DNA of 64,000 nucleotides, taken from positions 608,001 to 672,000 of the forward strand of contig CAWEQH010000004.1 of assembly GCA_963811165.1 (NCBI GenBank), in the 5' to 3' direction. The stretch is from an uncultured Nitrospiraceae bacterium. Lineage in GTDB: Bacteria; Nitrospirota; Thermodesulfovibrionia; Thermodesulfovibrionales; UBA6898. The position numbers were made by a program, and so were the translations under genes. The stretch's first letter is position 1. Each line of letters opens with the position of its first letter. The notes under the pieces were generated by a model that was not told where the DNA came from, did not search any database, and was given only the letters and a program-made list of their open reading frames with translations. Shown piece by piece: positions 30,858 to 43,156 of this stretch.

Positions 30858-32177
30858 ATGGCTGAAAAAGAAGAATCATACCCCGGCATCGAGTATATCG
30901 TAGGCGCTGATAAGAGGCTCAGTGAGGTGCTCTCCGGAGACGAGGTGACCACGATCCTTAAGGGTGCGGTCGGCGCAGGCGCCTCTTCGGCGGCGATAAA
31001 AGACTCAGGCGGAGAAGTCCTATGGACATGGGGAATCGCTACGTATGACGATATCCTCTCCGAAGAGCTGCCGATTTCCCTTGAAGGCGAAAGCGTGGGG
31101 ACGGTGTCGCTTCAATGGCGGGAGGGTGACGGACCGCGCGTGAAAGGGCTTCTCGTCCTTCTTCGTGAGATACTCAACGCGATCGCGTATGCAAATCTCA
31201 GGAGGATGCTTACCACAGAGACTCATACCACGGTCGTCAACAGCTCTTACGAAGAGCTCCTTGAGACGAATAGGAGGCTTGCGCTCTCCGAGGCGAAATA
31301 CCGTGAACTCGCTGAAAACCTCGAAAAAAAGGTCATCAAGCGCACGGAGGATCTTAAACGCACTTATGGGAGGCTTCTCCAGAGGGAGAAGATGGCCTCT
31401 GTAGGCCAGCTCGCCGCCGGAGTGGCCCATGAGATAAACAACCCCCTCGGCTTTATCGTGAGCAACCTCCATACCCTCGGGAAATACGTCGGCCGCTACC
31501 GGGAGATGCTCGAGTGCTACCGCGCAGCGTTTGAGGACGCCGGAGTGACCGTGCGGGCAAAAGAGCTGCCGCATAGAAAGTGGCGTGAGCTGAGGCTCGA
31601 CTTTATCACCGGGGACAGCGAAGAATTGATCGGGCAGTGCCTCTTTGGAGCCGAGAGGGTAAGGAAGATTGTATCGGACCTGAAGGGGTTCTCCCATATC
31701 GAAGACGGAGATGAGATGCCCGTAGAACTGCATGTCGAGCTGGACAGGACACTCAATGTGCTTGCCCACGAGATACCTCAGGATGCACAGATCATCCGGG
31801 ACTACCGCCCGGTCCCGGTGTTTGTCTGCAACCCTGCGCTTCTGTGCCAGGTATTTCTAAACCTCGTCCTCAATGCGCTTGAGGCGCGGCCTGCCGGCCT
31901 CAGGCTTACGATCCGCACCGACCAAGTGGAAGACAGCGTTCTTGTCAGCTTTTCGGACAACGGCCCTGGTATCCCCGGGGAGATCATCGACAGGATCTTT
32001 GAGCCGTTCTTTACTACTAAAGACGTAGGGCAAGGCACCGGGATGGGCCTCACGGTCTCCTATGAAGTAATCACCGGTTACGGCGGGACGATCGAGGTGG
32101 AAAACAGGCCGGGGCAGGGAGCAACGTTTACCATCCAGCTTCCGGCAAAAAGAGGAGAGCATGTCAAAGTATTCTGA
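30858..32177 (+). CDS. Cytoplasmic histidine kinase
   Basis: [40 protein letters not shown]; start set at ATG 30858. Confidence 0.92.
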   Translation: MAEKEESYPGIEYIVGADKRLSEVLSGDEVTTILKGAVGAGASSAAIKDSGGEVLWTWGIATYDDILSEELPISLEGESVGTVSLQWREGDGPRVKGLLVLLREILNAIAYANLRRMLTTETHTTVVNSSYEELLETNRRLALSEAKYRELAENLEKKVIKRTEDLKRTYGRLLQREKMASVGQLAAGVAHEINNPLGFIVSNLHTLGKYVGRYREMLECYRAAFEDAGVTVRAKELPHRKWRELRLDFITGDSEELIGQCLFGAERVRKIVSDLKGFSHIEDGDEMPVELHVELDRTLNVLAHEIPQDAQIIRDYRPVPVFVCNPALLCQVFLNLVLNALEARPAGLRLTIRTDQVEDSVLVSFSDNGPGIPGEIIDRIFEPFFTTKDVGQGTGMGLTVSYEVITGYGGTIEVENRPGQGATFTIQLPAKRGEHVKVF

Positions 32178-34641
32178 ATTATTTCGCTCGCCGGGGAAGA
32201 GCGAAACATTATTCCGTTCGCCGGCAAAGGGCGATCCCCGGGAACCGTCAGGGGACGAGACGCCCGCTGATGAAGGCACCGGGAAGGGCGAGGTCTTTAC
32301 CCTCCTTTTTGTAGATGACGAAATCGGGGTACTCAACGCCCTGAGAAGGATATTCCTGGACGAAAACTATACGGTTTTCACCGCTACTTCCGCAGACGAA
32401 GCCCTCGAGGTAATGAACCATGAGAAGGTCCATCTCGTCGTCTCGGACCACCGGATGCCGGGAATGACCGGCGCCCAACTCCTAAAAGAGATCAAGGAGA
32501 AGTGGCCCGATACCATCAGGATCATGCTAACAGGCTATGCGGATGTCCAGTCGATCATGGGTGCGGTGAATGAGGGGGCGGTCTACAAGTTTATCACCAA
32601 GCCGTGGAACGACGAGGACCTGAGGCTTACGGTCAGTCTTGCACTTCAGCAGTATGTGCTCATACAGGAAAACAGGCAGCTCAGGGACTTAACGAAAAAG
32701 CAGCAAATGAAGATCAGGAATTACTCGGCCCTTTTTGATGAAAACAGGGGGGTGATGGGAAACATTCTGATCAGGGCCGGAGTAGTCGACACAGATGACT
32801 GCAACAGGGCGGCAAGTGAAAGACAGAACGACGAGTTTCTGAGCGATACCCTTGTAAGACTTGGAATCACAACGGAATCGAAGATCGTAAGGGCGCTCCA
32901 AAACCACCTGAAGCTCGAATATATCGACCTCAAAGAGATGGGTCTCAAAGAGGGGGTGGTCAAGTTCCTTCCGCGGGAGCTCTGTGAAAAAAACCGGCTT
33001 ATTCCCATAAGATTAGACGGAAGGCAGATCACGATAGCGATGGCGGACCCTTCCGATATCTTCAAGTGCGACAATATCTCGCTCCTGACCGGCCTGAAGG
33101 TAATGCCGGTCATTTCCACCAGTTCCGATATCCTCGATCAGCTAAGGAGGGTCTACGGGGGCGTCGCGGCCGGCGCCGGGGCAGAGATCGAGGAGTTCCC
33201 GGAAATCGAGCCGATGGACGAGATCGACATCGTGATCGAAGAGGAGGAGAAGGACGTCAACGTCCAGGAACTCATCGGATCGTCCGAAGTCCCCCCTATT
33301 ATCAGGATCGTCAACGCGGTGATCTCGGAGGCGGTCCGTTTCAAGGCCAGCGACATACATATCGAACCGAAGACGAAATATACGGTCATCCGGTACCGGA
33401 TAGACGGCATGCTCCACAGCAAGATCAAGATCCCGGCGGACCTTCACGCCGCGGTCATATCGAGGATAAAGATACTCGGGAAGCTCGACATCTCCGAACG
33501 GCGCAGGCCCCAAGACGGCAGGATCACGGTGAAGACCGGCACGAGGCTCGTAGATATCAGGGTCTCGACCATGCCGACTATTAACGGGGAAAAAGTAGTG
33601 ATGAGGATCCTGGACAAAAACGCAGCCATCAAGAAACTCGACGAATTGGGGGTCGAGCCCGACGAACTCAGAAAAATCTCCGGCCTGATCAAGAAGCCTC
33701 AGGGGATCATCATATCAACCGGCCCTACCGGCAGCGGCAAGACCACGATGCTCTATTCCATCCTAAGCGCCATGCTCGAGGGGACGAAGAACTTCGAGAC
33801 GATCGAAGATCCGGTCGAATATTTCCTTGAAGACGCCAACCAGGTCTTTATTAAAGAGAAGGTGGGGCTTTCGTTTGCGTCGGTGCTGCGCGCGACGATG
33901 CGGCAGGACCCGGATGTGATACTCGTCGGCGAGATAAGGGACTTCGAGACGGCCGATGTCGCCTTCAAGGCGGCCCTTACCGGCCATATGGTCCTGACGA
34001 CCCTCCATACCAACAACTCTGTTGCCTCGATCACGCGTATGATTGATATGGGAGTCAAGCCCTATCTCATCGCCTCGGCGCTTGAGGGGATCCTCGCGCA
34101 GAGGCTAGTCAGGAAGATATGCAGGTACTGCAGGGTCGAGGAAGAGCCGGACGAGGAACTTATGGAATTAATGAAGATACCGGCCGGAACGATCGAAGGC
34201 GCGGTCTTTAAGGGAAAGGGCTGCGAGCGGTGCAACCAGACCGGCTATATGGGAAGGACGGGTATCTTTGAACTGTTCGTGATGAACGACGATTTTAGAT
34301 TTTTTATCGGCAGCAGTTATAAAGAAGCGGAACTCATCAACATGGCGCGGGCGGCAGGCATGAAAACTCTTATTGAGACCGGAATAGAAAAGGTGAAGCG
34401 CGGTGATACTACCATTGAAGAGCTGATAAGGGTCATCGGTCCCCAGACCAAGCACCAGCGGAGGTGCGAGCTGTGCCGGAAAATGATCGATGCAAAGTTC
34501 CTTTTCTGCCCGCACTGCGGCTCGTTTAAACAGAATGTCTGCCCGCACTGCAGGATGCCGCTTGAGGAAGGCTGGAGCGCCTGCCCGTTTTGCGGCGGGG
34601 CGAGAATTATTGATAGCAAAATAACCGGAGAAGGGGGATAA
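32161..34641 (+). CDS. REC-fused GspE/PilB-family secretion ATPase with MshEN-like region and C-terminal double zinc ribbon
   Basis: REC (VDDE, SDHRMPG, KPW), ASDIHIEP, GPTGSGKTT, TIEDPVE, RQDPDVILVGEIRD, TLHTN, CRYC/CERC, terminal CELC-CPHC-CPHC-CPFC. Confidence 0.92.
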   Translation: MSKYSELFRSPGKSETLFRSPAKGDPREPSGDETPADEGTGKGEVFTLLFVDDEIGVLNALRRIFLDENYTVFTATSADEALEVMNHEKVHLVVSDHRMPGMTGAQLLKEIKEKWPDTIRIMLTGYADVQSIMGAVNEGAVYKFITKPWNDEDLRLTVSLALQQYVLIQENRQLRDLTKKQQMKIRNYSALFDENRGVMGNILIRAGVVDTDDCNRAASERQNDEFLSDTLVRLGITTESKIVRALQNHLKLEYIDLKEMGLKEGVVKFLPRELCEKNRLIPIRLDGRQITIAMADPSDIFKCDNISLLTGLKVMPVISTSSDILDQLRRVYGGVAAGAGAEIEEFPEIEPMDEIDIVIEEEEKDVNVQELIGSSEVPPIIRIVNAVISEAVRFKASDIHIEPKTKYTVIRYRIDGMLHSKIKIPADLHAAVISRIKILGKLDISERRRPQDGRITVKTGTRLVDIRVSTMPTINGEKVVMRILDKNAAIKKLDELGVEPDELRKISGLIKKPQGIIISTGPTGSGKTTMLYSILSAMLEGTKNFETIEDPVEYFLEDANQVFIKEKVGLSFASVLRATMRQDPDVILVGEIRDFETADVAFKAALTGHMVLTTLHTNNSVASITRMIDMGVKPYLIASALEGILAQRLVRKICRYCRVEEEPDEELMELMKIPAGTIEGAVFKGKGCERCNQTGYMGRTGIFELFVMNDDFRFFIGSSYKEAELINMARAAGMKTLIETGIEKVKRGDTTIEELIRVIGPQTKHQRRCELCRKMIDAKFLFCPHCGSFKQNVCPHCRMPLEEGWSACPFCGGARIIDSKITGEGG

Positions 34642-34645
34642 GGAC

Positions 34646-35203
34646 ATGCAGGATTCGATACTCTTGGTGGATGACGAACCCAACGTCATCTCATCATTGA
34701 AAAGGGCGCTTCTCGATGAGCCCTATGAAATTTATTCGGCGGGCAGCGCCGCGGAGGGCCTCAAACTTTTGGACCAAAAGCAGATAAAGGTGATTATCTC
34801 GGACGAAAGGATGCCGGGGATGACAGGCGCTGAATTCCTCTCTGTGGTGAAGGAGCGCATGCCTGAAACTCTCAGGATCATGCTTACCGGCCACGCCAGT
34901 TTAGAGGCGGCGATGAACGCCGTCAACAGCGGTGAGATATACCGGTTCTTCGTGAAGCCGTGGAATGATATTGAGTTAAAGCTCGCGATCCGTTCTGCCC
35001 TCGAAAAGTACAACCTCGAAGCCGAAAACAGGAGGCTGCTGAAGATCGTGAAACGCCAGGCTCTGGACCTGAAGCTGCTTGAGAGAAAATACCCGAGCAT
35101 TACGAAGCTCGAAAAGGACGAAAGCGGCAACCTCATCCTGCCGGAGATGTCCGAAATGGAATTCTCGGAGATTCTTGCTCAGTGCGAGAGGGAGTTCAGT
35201 TAG
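34646..35203 (+). CDS. Response regulator (REC plus short coiled coil)
   Basis: LLVDDE, ISDERMPG, FVKPW. Confidence 0.9.
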   Translation: MQDSILLVDDEPNVISSLKRALLDEPYEIYSAGSAAEGLKLLDQKQIKVIISDERMPGMTGAEFLSVVKERMPETLRIMLTGHASLEAAMNAVNSGEIYRFFVKPWNDIELKLAIRSALEKYNLEAENRRLLKIVKRQALDLKLLERKYPSITKLEKDESGNLILPEMSEMEFSEILAQCEREFS

Positions 35204-35382
35204 GGGCTTTTTTTGAAATCGGGCAGGCATGGCTTGTCGATTTTTCTACTTTTGTAACCATGCAGGAACGCGGACTGTCGGAGTCTTGACGGCGGACAGG
35301 CATTTTGCAGATGCGGGGCTGAAGGGCTCAAAATGCGCCCAATAGATTTTCACTTCTCTTGAACGCAATAGATAGAAAATCA

Positions 35383-35412
35383 TTGACTGATATACAGTAA
35401 TTTTGGTAAATT
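35383..35412 (+). promoter_or_regulatory. Putative promoter of the fluoride operon
   Basis: TTGACT, 18-bp spacer, TG-extended TAAATT ending 7 nt before the riboswitch. Confidence 0.55.
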
Positions 35413-35419
35413 TTAAACA

Positions 35420-35474
35420 GGCGATGGAGTTCGCCAGGAACCGCTCTTGTTTCATCGGAGCTGATGACTCCTAC
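35420..35474 (+). ncRNA. Fluoride (crcB) riboswitch 1
   Basis: GGCGATGGAGTTCGCC ... hairpin ... GCTGATGACTCCTAC; P1 GGCGA/TCGCC, pseudoknot GGAGT/ACTCC; heads a crcB operon. Confidence 0.93.
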
Positions 35475-35504
35475 TCTCAGGTCTTTGAGGGCAGGAGTTT
35501 TTTT
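35467..35504 (+). terminator. Intrinsic terminator (expression platform of riboswitch 1)
   Basis: Stem ACTCCTACTCTCA/TGAGGGCAGGAGT followed by a T run; the 5' arm overlaps the aptamer pseudoknot strand. Confidence 0.88.
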
Positions 35505-35525
35505 ATGCCCGGAAAGGAGATAGGT

Positions 35526-36728
35526 ATGCAGGACGTATGGGGAATGGCGGCGCTGTGGCTCGGCCTTGCGCTTGTCGCTACTCTTCTGTCGATCTGGTTC
35601 AGGATCGCAACGGCTCTCTCCGAGATTGTAGTCGGCACAGTCGCCCAGTTAGTCATCGGGGCATTGGTGGGCACGACCCTTGGGTCAGGCGAGCCGTGGA
35701 TCAAGTTTTTATCGGGCACCGGCGCTATTGTTTTGACATTCCTGGCTGGCGCCGAGCTGGATCCTGCGGTGTTCAAAATGAAATGGAAAGAAGCGACCGC
35801 CATCGGTCTTATTTCCTTTGCTGCGCCCTTTCTCGGTTGTACCGCTATCGCCTATTACGTGTTGCATTGGGCGGTCAGGGCCAGTTGGTTGGCGGGTGTG
35901 GCCCTTTCTACAACGTCCGTGGCTGTGGTATACGCCGTCATGCTTGAACTCGGCTTAAACAAGACTGAATTCGGCAAGACCGTCCTTGCGGCCTGTTTTG
36001 TCACGGACCTCGGAACAGTTATTTCGCTCGGTCTCATCTTTGCCCCGTTCACCAATAGAACTCTAATCTTTCTCGGGGTCGGCTTCGCGGCCTTTCTCAT
36101 TCTTCCCTACCTCACCCCGCTTTTTTTCAGGAAATATGGCGGAAGGCCTTCGGAGCTGGAGGCAAAGTATTTGCTACTGATTCTTTTTGGTCTCGGTTCG
36201 CTCGCGGCCTGGTCAGACAGCGAGGCGGTGTTGCCTGCATACATCGTGGGGATGGTGCTTGCCGGAACTGTCGGCAAGGATCATGTCCTTATCAGAAGAC
36301 TTAGGACACTGACCTTCGGTCTGCTCACACCTTTCTATTTTATCCGGGCTGGTTCATATGTCTCTGTTCCAGCCATCCTTGCCGCTCCCGTTGCGCTTAT
36401 AGTTCTCTTCACGGGTAAGATGGTAACCAAGATCATGGGCGTGTATCCTGCAACCAAGGCGTACAAGTATGCCCAAAAAGAAGGTATCTATACGACTCTT
36501 TTGATGTCGACGGGATTGACGTTCGGCTCGATAGCCGCCCTATTTGGCTTGTCGCATAAGATTATAGACCAGACGCAGTATTCCATCCTCGTTGTTGTCG
36601 TAATCGGCAGCGCTGTGGTGCCGACTCTCATCGCAAACGCCTTCTTTATCCCTAAATACCTGCTTCCCAAAAAAGAGAAGTCTGCTGAGACGCCCGTGCA
36701 TATAGCATCAGCTGATGAAATTGAATAA
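35526..36728 (+). CDS. Cation:proton antiporter (CPA2/Na+/H+ exchanger family)
   Basis: About 12 hydrophobic helices, FLAGAELD, STTSVAVV, FVTDLG; RBS AAGGAGA before ATG 35526. Confidence 0.9.
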   Translation: MQDVWGMAALWLGLALVATLLSIWFRIATALSEIVVGTVAQLVIGALVGTTLGSGEPWIKFLSGTGAIVLTFLAGAELDPAVFKMKWKEATAIGLISFAAPFLGCTAIAYYVLHWAVRASWLAGVALSTTSVAVVYAVMLELGLNKTEFGKTVLAACFVTDLGTVISLGLIFAPFTNRTLIFLGVGFAAFLILPYLTPLFFRKYGGRPSELEAKYLLLILFGLGSLAAWSDSEAVLPAYIVGMVLAGTVGKDHVLIRRLRTLTFGLLTPFYFIRAGSYVSVPAILAAPVALIVLFTGKMVTKIMGVYPATKAYKYAQKEGIYTTLLMSTGLTFGSIAALFGLSHKIIDQTQYSILVVVVIGSAVVPTLIANAFFIPKYLLPKKEKSAETPVHIASADEIE

Positions 36729-36743
36729 CGGAGGATATAAGAG

Positions 36744-37160
36744 ATGAACAAGATATTAGTGGCATTTGATGGCTCCCCGAAGGCTTACGAAGCCTTCGAT
36801 TATGCCTTGAAGCTCGCCATGTGTAGTACCACACCCGAAGTAACCGTTCTCTCTGTGGCCCAGCCGCCGGAGCCGATTGACATTGTGGAGGTGGACGCGG
36901 TAATTGATTCAGCTACCGAGCACTATAAACAGCTCTTAGGGGAATTGAAGGAAAAGGCAAGACAGAAGAATATCGAGATAAAGACCGACATCGTTGTCGG
37001 CCACCCCGCAGACCAGATCGTGCGATATGCAAAAGAGAACGGCTTCGATCAAATAATTATGGGACAAAAAGGAAAATCCAAGATGGAAAACTGGCTCCTC
37101 GGCTCAGTCTCAAAGCGGGTCTCGACATATTCCCCTTGTACCGTAACAATTGTGAAGTAG
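36744..37160 (+). CDS. Universal stress protein
   Basis: KILVAFDGS, GHPADQIV, LLGSVSKRV. Confidence 0.95.
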   Translation: MNKILVAFDGSPKAYEAFDYALKLAMCSTTPEVTVLSVAQPPEPIDIVEVDAVIDSATEHYKQLLGELKEKARQKNIEIKTDIVVGHPADQIVRYAKENGFDQIIMGQKGKSKMENWLLGSVSKRVSTYSPCTVTIVK

Positions 37161-37173
37161 AGAAGGTCTGCAA

Positions 37174-37548
37174 GTGGTAAATTACGTGGTAATAGGGGCA
37201 GGCGGGTTTATCGGCGCGATTACCAGATATGCTATGGCGACGTGGATAGGGCAGAAGTGGGGGCGCACCTTTCCCGTGGGCACGTTCATAATAAATGTGA
37301 GCGGGAGTTTCCTGATCGGGCTTCTCATGACCTTGCTTACCGAACGGTTTATGGCAAACCCGCTCTGGAGGTTGTTACTGGTTGTCGGCTTTCTGGGGGC
37401 CTATACCACATTTTCGACCTTTGAGTATGAGACAGGCAAGTTATTGACGGATGGGGAGTATCTCTTCGGCGCATTAAATGTTGTCCTAAGTGTGCTGGCC
37501 GGGTTTGCGTCGCTGAAAATCGGACAGTTTATTGCTATGATGATATAG
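37174..37548 (+). CDS. crcB: Fluoride efflux channel Fluc/CrcB
   Basis: GGFIGAITRY, FPVGTFIINVSGSF, GFLGAYTTFSTF. Confidence 0.97.
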   Translation: MVNYVVIGAGGFIGAITRYAMATWIGQKWGRTFPVGTFIINVSGSFLIGLLMTLLTERFMANPLWRLLLVVGFLGAYTTFSTFEYETGKLLTDGEYLFGALNVVLSVLAGFASLKIGQFIAMMI

Positions 37549-37558
37549 GAGGCGATCA

Positions 37559-38275
37559 ATGATAGACAAAGGTCCCGCAAAGAGACTCACAATTTACGTT
37601 GACGAGAAAGATACGTTCCACGGCAGACCTGTCTATGAAGTGCTTCTCGACATATTTTTTAAAAGAAAGATTATTGGTGTGAGCGTTTTTAGGGGCGTGG
37701 CGGGCTATGGAAGCGACGGCGTCCTTCATACCGCAAAGATGCTCGAACTCTCGACGAGCCTGCCGGTGAAAATGGAAGTCGTTGATTCGGAGGACATGAT
37801 CAACAGGGTCCTGCCCGATGTCTATCATGTCGTAGAGAAGGGACTCGTGGACGTGACGGATACCAACGTTATCAAGTGTTGCAGAAACGTTCCCCAAAAA
37901 GAGGAAAAGAGGGAAGAACATATGAAGCTCGAAGGCAAGGCAAAGATGCTTAGGATCATAATTAGCGAGGATGATGAGTGGGAGGGTGAGCCCCTTTATG
38001 AGGCGATTGTGAAGAGGCTTATAATGGCTGATATCGCGGGAGCGACAGTATATAAGGCAATCGCGGGATACGGTCCTCATAAACGATATCACAAGAAGAA
38101 AACGCTGGCGACGCATGGAGAGCTTCCCATCCTTATCACCGTCATGGACACCGAGGAAAACATAAATAAGGTAATACCGATCCTTGACGACATGGTATAT
38201 GAAGGTATAGTTGTGCTTTCGGAAGTGAATGTTATCAAGTACACACACAGGGATGTAGATATCGAAGCGATGTGA
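37559..38275 (+). CDS. Tandem DUF190 (PII-like) protein
   Basis: Two repeats: RLTIYVDE..GVSVFRGVAGYG..LPV and MLRIIISE..GATVYKAIAGYG..LPI. Confidence 0.9.
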   Translation: MIDKGPAKRLTIYVDEKDTFHGRPVYEVLLDIFFKRKIIGVSVFRGVAGYGSDGVLHTAKMLELSTSLPVKMEVVDSEDMINRVLPDVYHVVEKGLVDVTDTNVIKCCRNVPQKEEKREEHMKLEGKAKMLRIIISEDDEWEGEPLYEAIVKRLIMADIAGATVYKAIAGYGPHKRYHKKKTLATHGELPILITVMDTEENINKVIPILDDMVYEGIVVLSEVNVIKYTHRDVDIEAM

Positions 38276-38277
38276 CA

Positions 38278-38326
38278 GGCGATGGAGTTCGCCTTTGGCC
38301 GTCCGAACCGGACTGATGACTCCTAC
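38278..38326 (+). ncRNA. Fluoride (crcB) riboswitch 2
   Basis: GGCGATGGAGTTCGCC-TTTGGCC-GTCCG(AAC)CGGAC-TGATGACTCCTAC; same core as riboswitch 1 with a different variable hairpin. Confidence 0.92.
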
Positions 38327-38358
38327 TCTCGCAAGCAGGCTGAGGGTAGGAGTTTTTT
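38319..38358 (+). terminator. Intrinsic terminator (expression platform of riboswitch 2)
   Basis: Stem ACTCCTACTCTC/GAGGGTAGGAGT followed by a T run. Confidence 0.88.
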
Positions 38359-38384
38359 ATTAGTGTGAATGGAGGCCGCGCACT

Positions 38385-41455
<3,071 letters not shown>

Positions 41456-41509
41456 GAGGGCCCTGCAGACTTAACAACTTTGGAGATTAGCAATAGCATA
41501 GGAGGCAGC

Positions 41510-42562
41510 ATGTCCAAAATACGGTTTAAAATCTCTGAAACGGATTTAACACTTCTGAATCCTTTTAAAGACTTTTCTGAAGAAGTGCATACCGTGGAAG
41601 TCCGCAGAGACCCTCTTTTAGGTGATATGAGTGTCTATAACCCTTGCCTTAAGGATAAGGTCAAATTCTTTTTTGGAGACAATGATAGTGGCCTTGTAGA
41701 GAAATTGATTGAAGACAGCACGAAGAATTGTATTTTCTGCGGCGAAATGATCGAACGAAGCACTCCCAGATATCCCTCGGATCTTGTCCCCGAAGGACGA
41801 ATAAGAATAGGCGAGGCTGTGCTGTTTCCAAACCTTTTTCCGATCGGAAAATACCATTCCGTTGTTCGTCTTTCCAATGCCCATTTTCTGAAACTTTCTG
41901 AATTCAGACCTGCAATAATTGAGGACGGCCTGAAGGCGGCACAGACGTTTATCAAACGTGTGTATACCCATGATCCTTCAGCGTTGTTTGTGGCCGTGAA
42001 CGCCAATTACCTTTTCCCTGCCGGGGCCACCCTCGTGCACCCCCATCTTCAGATGCTGATTACCCCCACCGCATATTCATATCATGAAAGACTGATCCGG
42101 GCGAGCCATGCTTACTATCAAGAGCACGGCTCTGAGTTCTATCCGGATTTGATAGAAGAAGAGAAGCGACTAGGGGGGAGATATGTGGCCCACAGGGGTG
42201 CATGGCATTGGCTGGCAGCTTTTTCTCCGATGGGTAATAATGAAGTTATTGCCATCCACGAGGGGGAGAGTGATTTTGGGCTCCTTTCCGAAAGCGATTT
42301 GGCGACTCTCGCTGAGGGTATTTCCAGGGTGCTCTCCTTTTACGAGAGTCTTTGCCACTTGAGCTTCAATTATTCTATTTTTTCAGTGAGAGGGTCTTCT
42401 TCCCAAAAAGGCTTCCGCTGTCTCCTCAAGATAATCAGCAGGCAGAATCTCTATCCCAACTATCGTAACGATGATTATTTTCTGCAGAAACTGCTTCATT
42501 CGGAATTGATCATTAATCTGCCGGAGGATTTGGCATTGGAGTTGAGAGGCTTTTTTGAATGA
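41510..42562 (+). CDS. GalT-like (HxHxQ) nucleotidyltransferase
   Basis: EVRRDPL, CIFC, FPNLFP, GATLVHPHLQ; RBS GGAGG before ATG 41510. Confidence 0.82.
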   Translation: MSKIRFKISETDLTLLNPFKDFSEEVHTVEVRRDPLLGDMSVYNPCLKDKVKFFFGDNDSGLVEKLIEDSTKNCIFCGEMIERSTPRYPSDLVPEGRIRIGEAVLFPNLFPIGKYHSVVRLSNAHFLKLSEFRPAIIEDGLKAAQTFIKRVYTHDPSALFVAVNANYLFPAGATLVHPHLQMLITPTAYSYHERLIRASHAYYQEHGSEFYPDLIEEEKRLGGRYVAHRGAWHWLAAFSPMGNNEVIAIHEGESDFGLLSESDLATLAEGISRVLSFYESLCHLSFNYSIFSVRGSSSQKGFRCLLKIISRQNLYPNYRNDDYFLQKLLHSELIINLPEDLALELRGFFE

Positions 42563-42673
42563 AATATCCGGATTGAACCATGTGTGAACTGGATATCCCC
42601 GCTTTCGGTCATGTCTCTCCACTCACGCCCTCACCTTGGAATTTTTGGGGCCAGAAAATGTAATATACAGACA

Positions 42674-43156
42674 GTGAAAAATACGCAAAAACCTTTCGTT
42701 GAAATCTACGCAGACGGGGCCTGCAGCGGCAATCCCGGGGCGGGCGGCTTCGGCGCGGTCCTGAAGTCGGGGGGAAAACTGAAGGAGCTTTCCGGGTGTG
42801 ACCCGATGACAACGAACAACAGGATGGAATTGATGGGGGTGATCTTTGCCCTTGAGGCCCTGAAAAAGCCCTGCAAGGTGAGGGTCACTACGGATTCTAC
42901 CTATGTGATGAAGGGCATGACCGAGTGGATAGGCACATGGATAAGAAATAACTGGCGGAACTCACAGAAGAAAGAAGTGCTCAACAGGGACTTGTGGGAG
43001 AGGCTCCTTAAGGCGGCGGGACCGCATGAGGTGGACTGGTCCTGGATAAAAGGACATAATGGACATATCGAAAACGAACGGTGCGACTTTCTTGCGCGGG
43101 AGGAGATCAAAAAGTGCAAAAAATCATCGGGGGCTGCGTCGCATGAAAAGGCCTGA
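42674..43156 (+). CDS. rnhA: Ribonuclease HI
   Basis: [30 protein letters not shown]; start set at GTG 42674. Confidence 0.95.
   Translation: MKNTQKPFVEIYADGACSGNPGAGGFGAVLKSGGKLKELSGCDPMTTNNRMELMGVIFALEALKKPCKVRVTTDSTYVMKGMTEWIGTWIRNNWRNSQKKEVLNRDLWERLLKAAGPHEVDWSWIKGHNGHIENERCDFLAREEIKKCKKSSGAASHEKA

Noticed and set aside
35403..35525. N-terminal extension of the antiporter ORF in the track
   Set aside because: It overlaps the riboswitch and terminator; a strong RBS precedes ATG 35526
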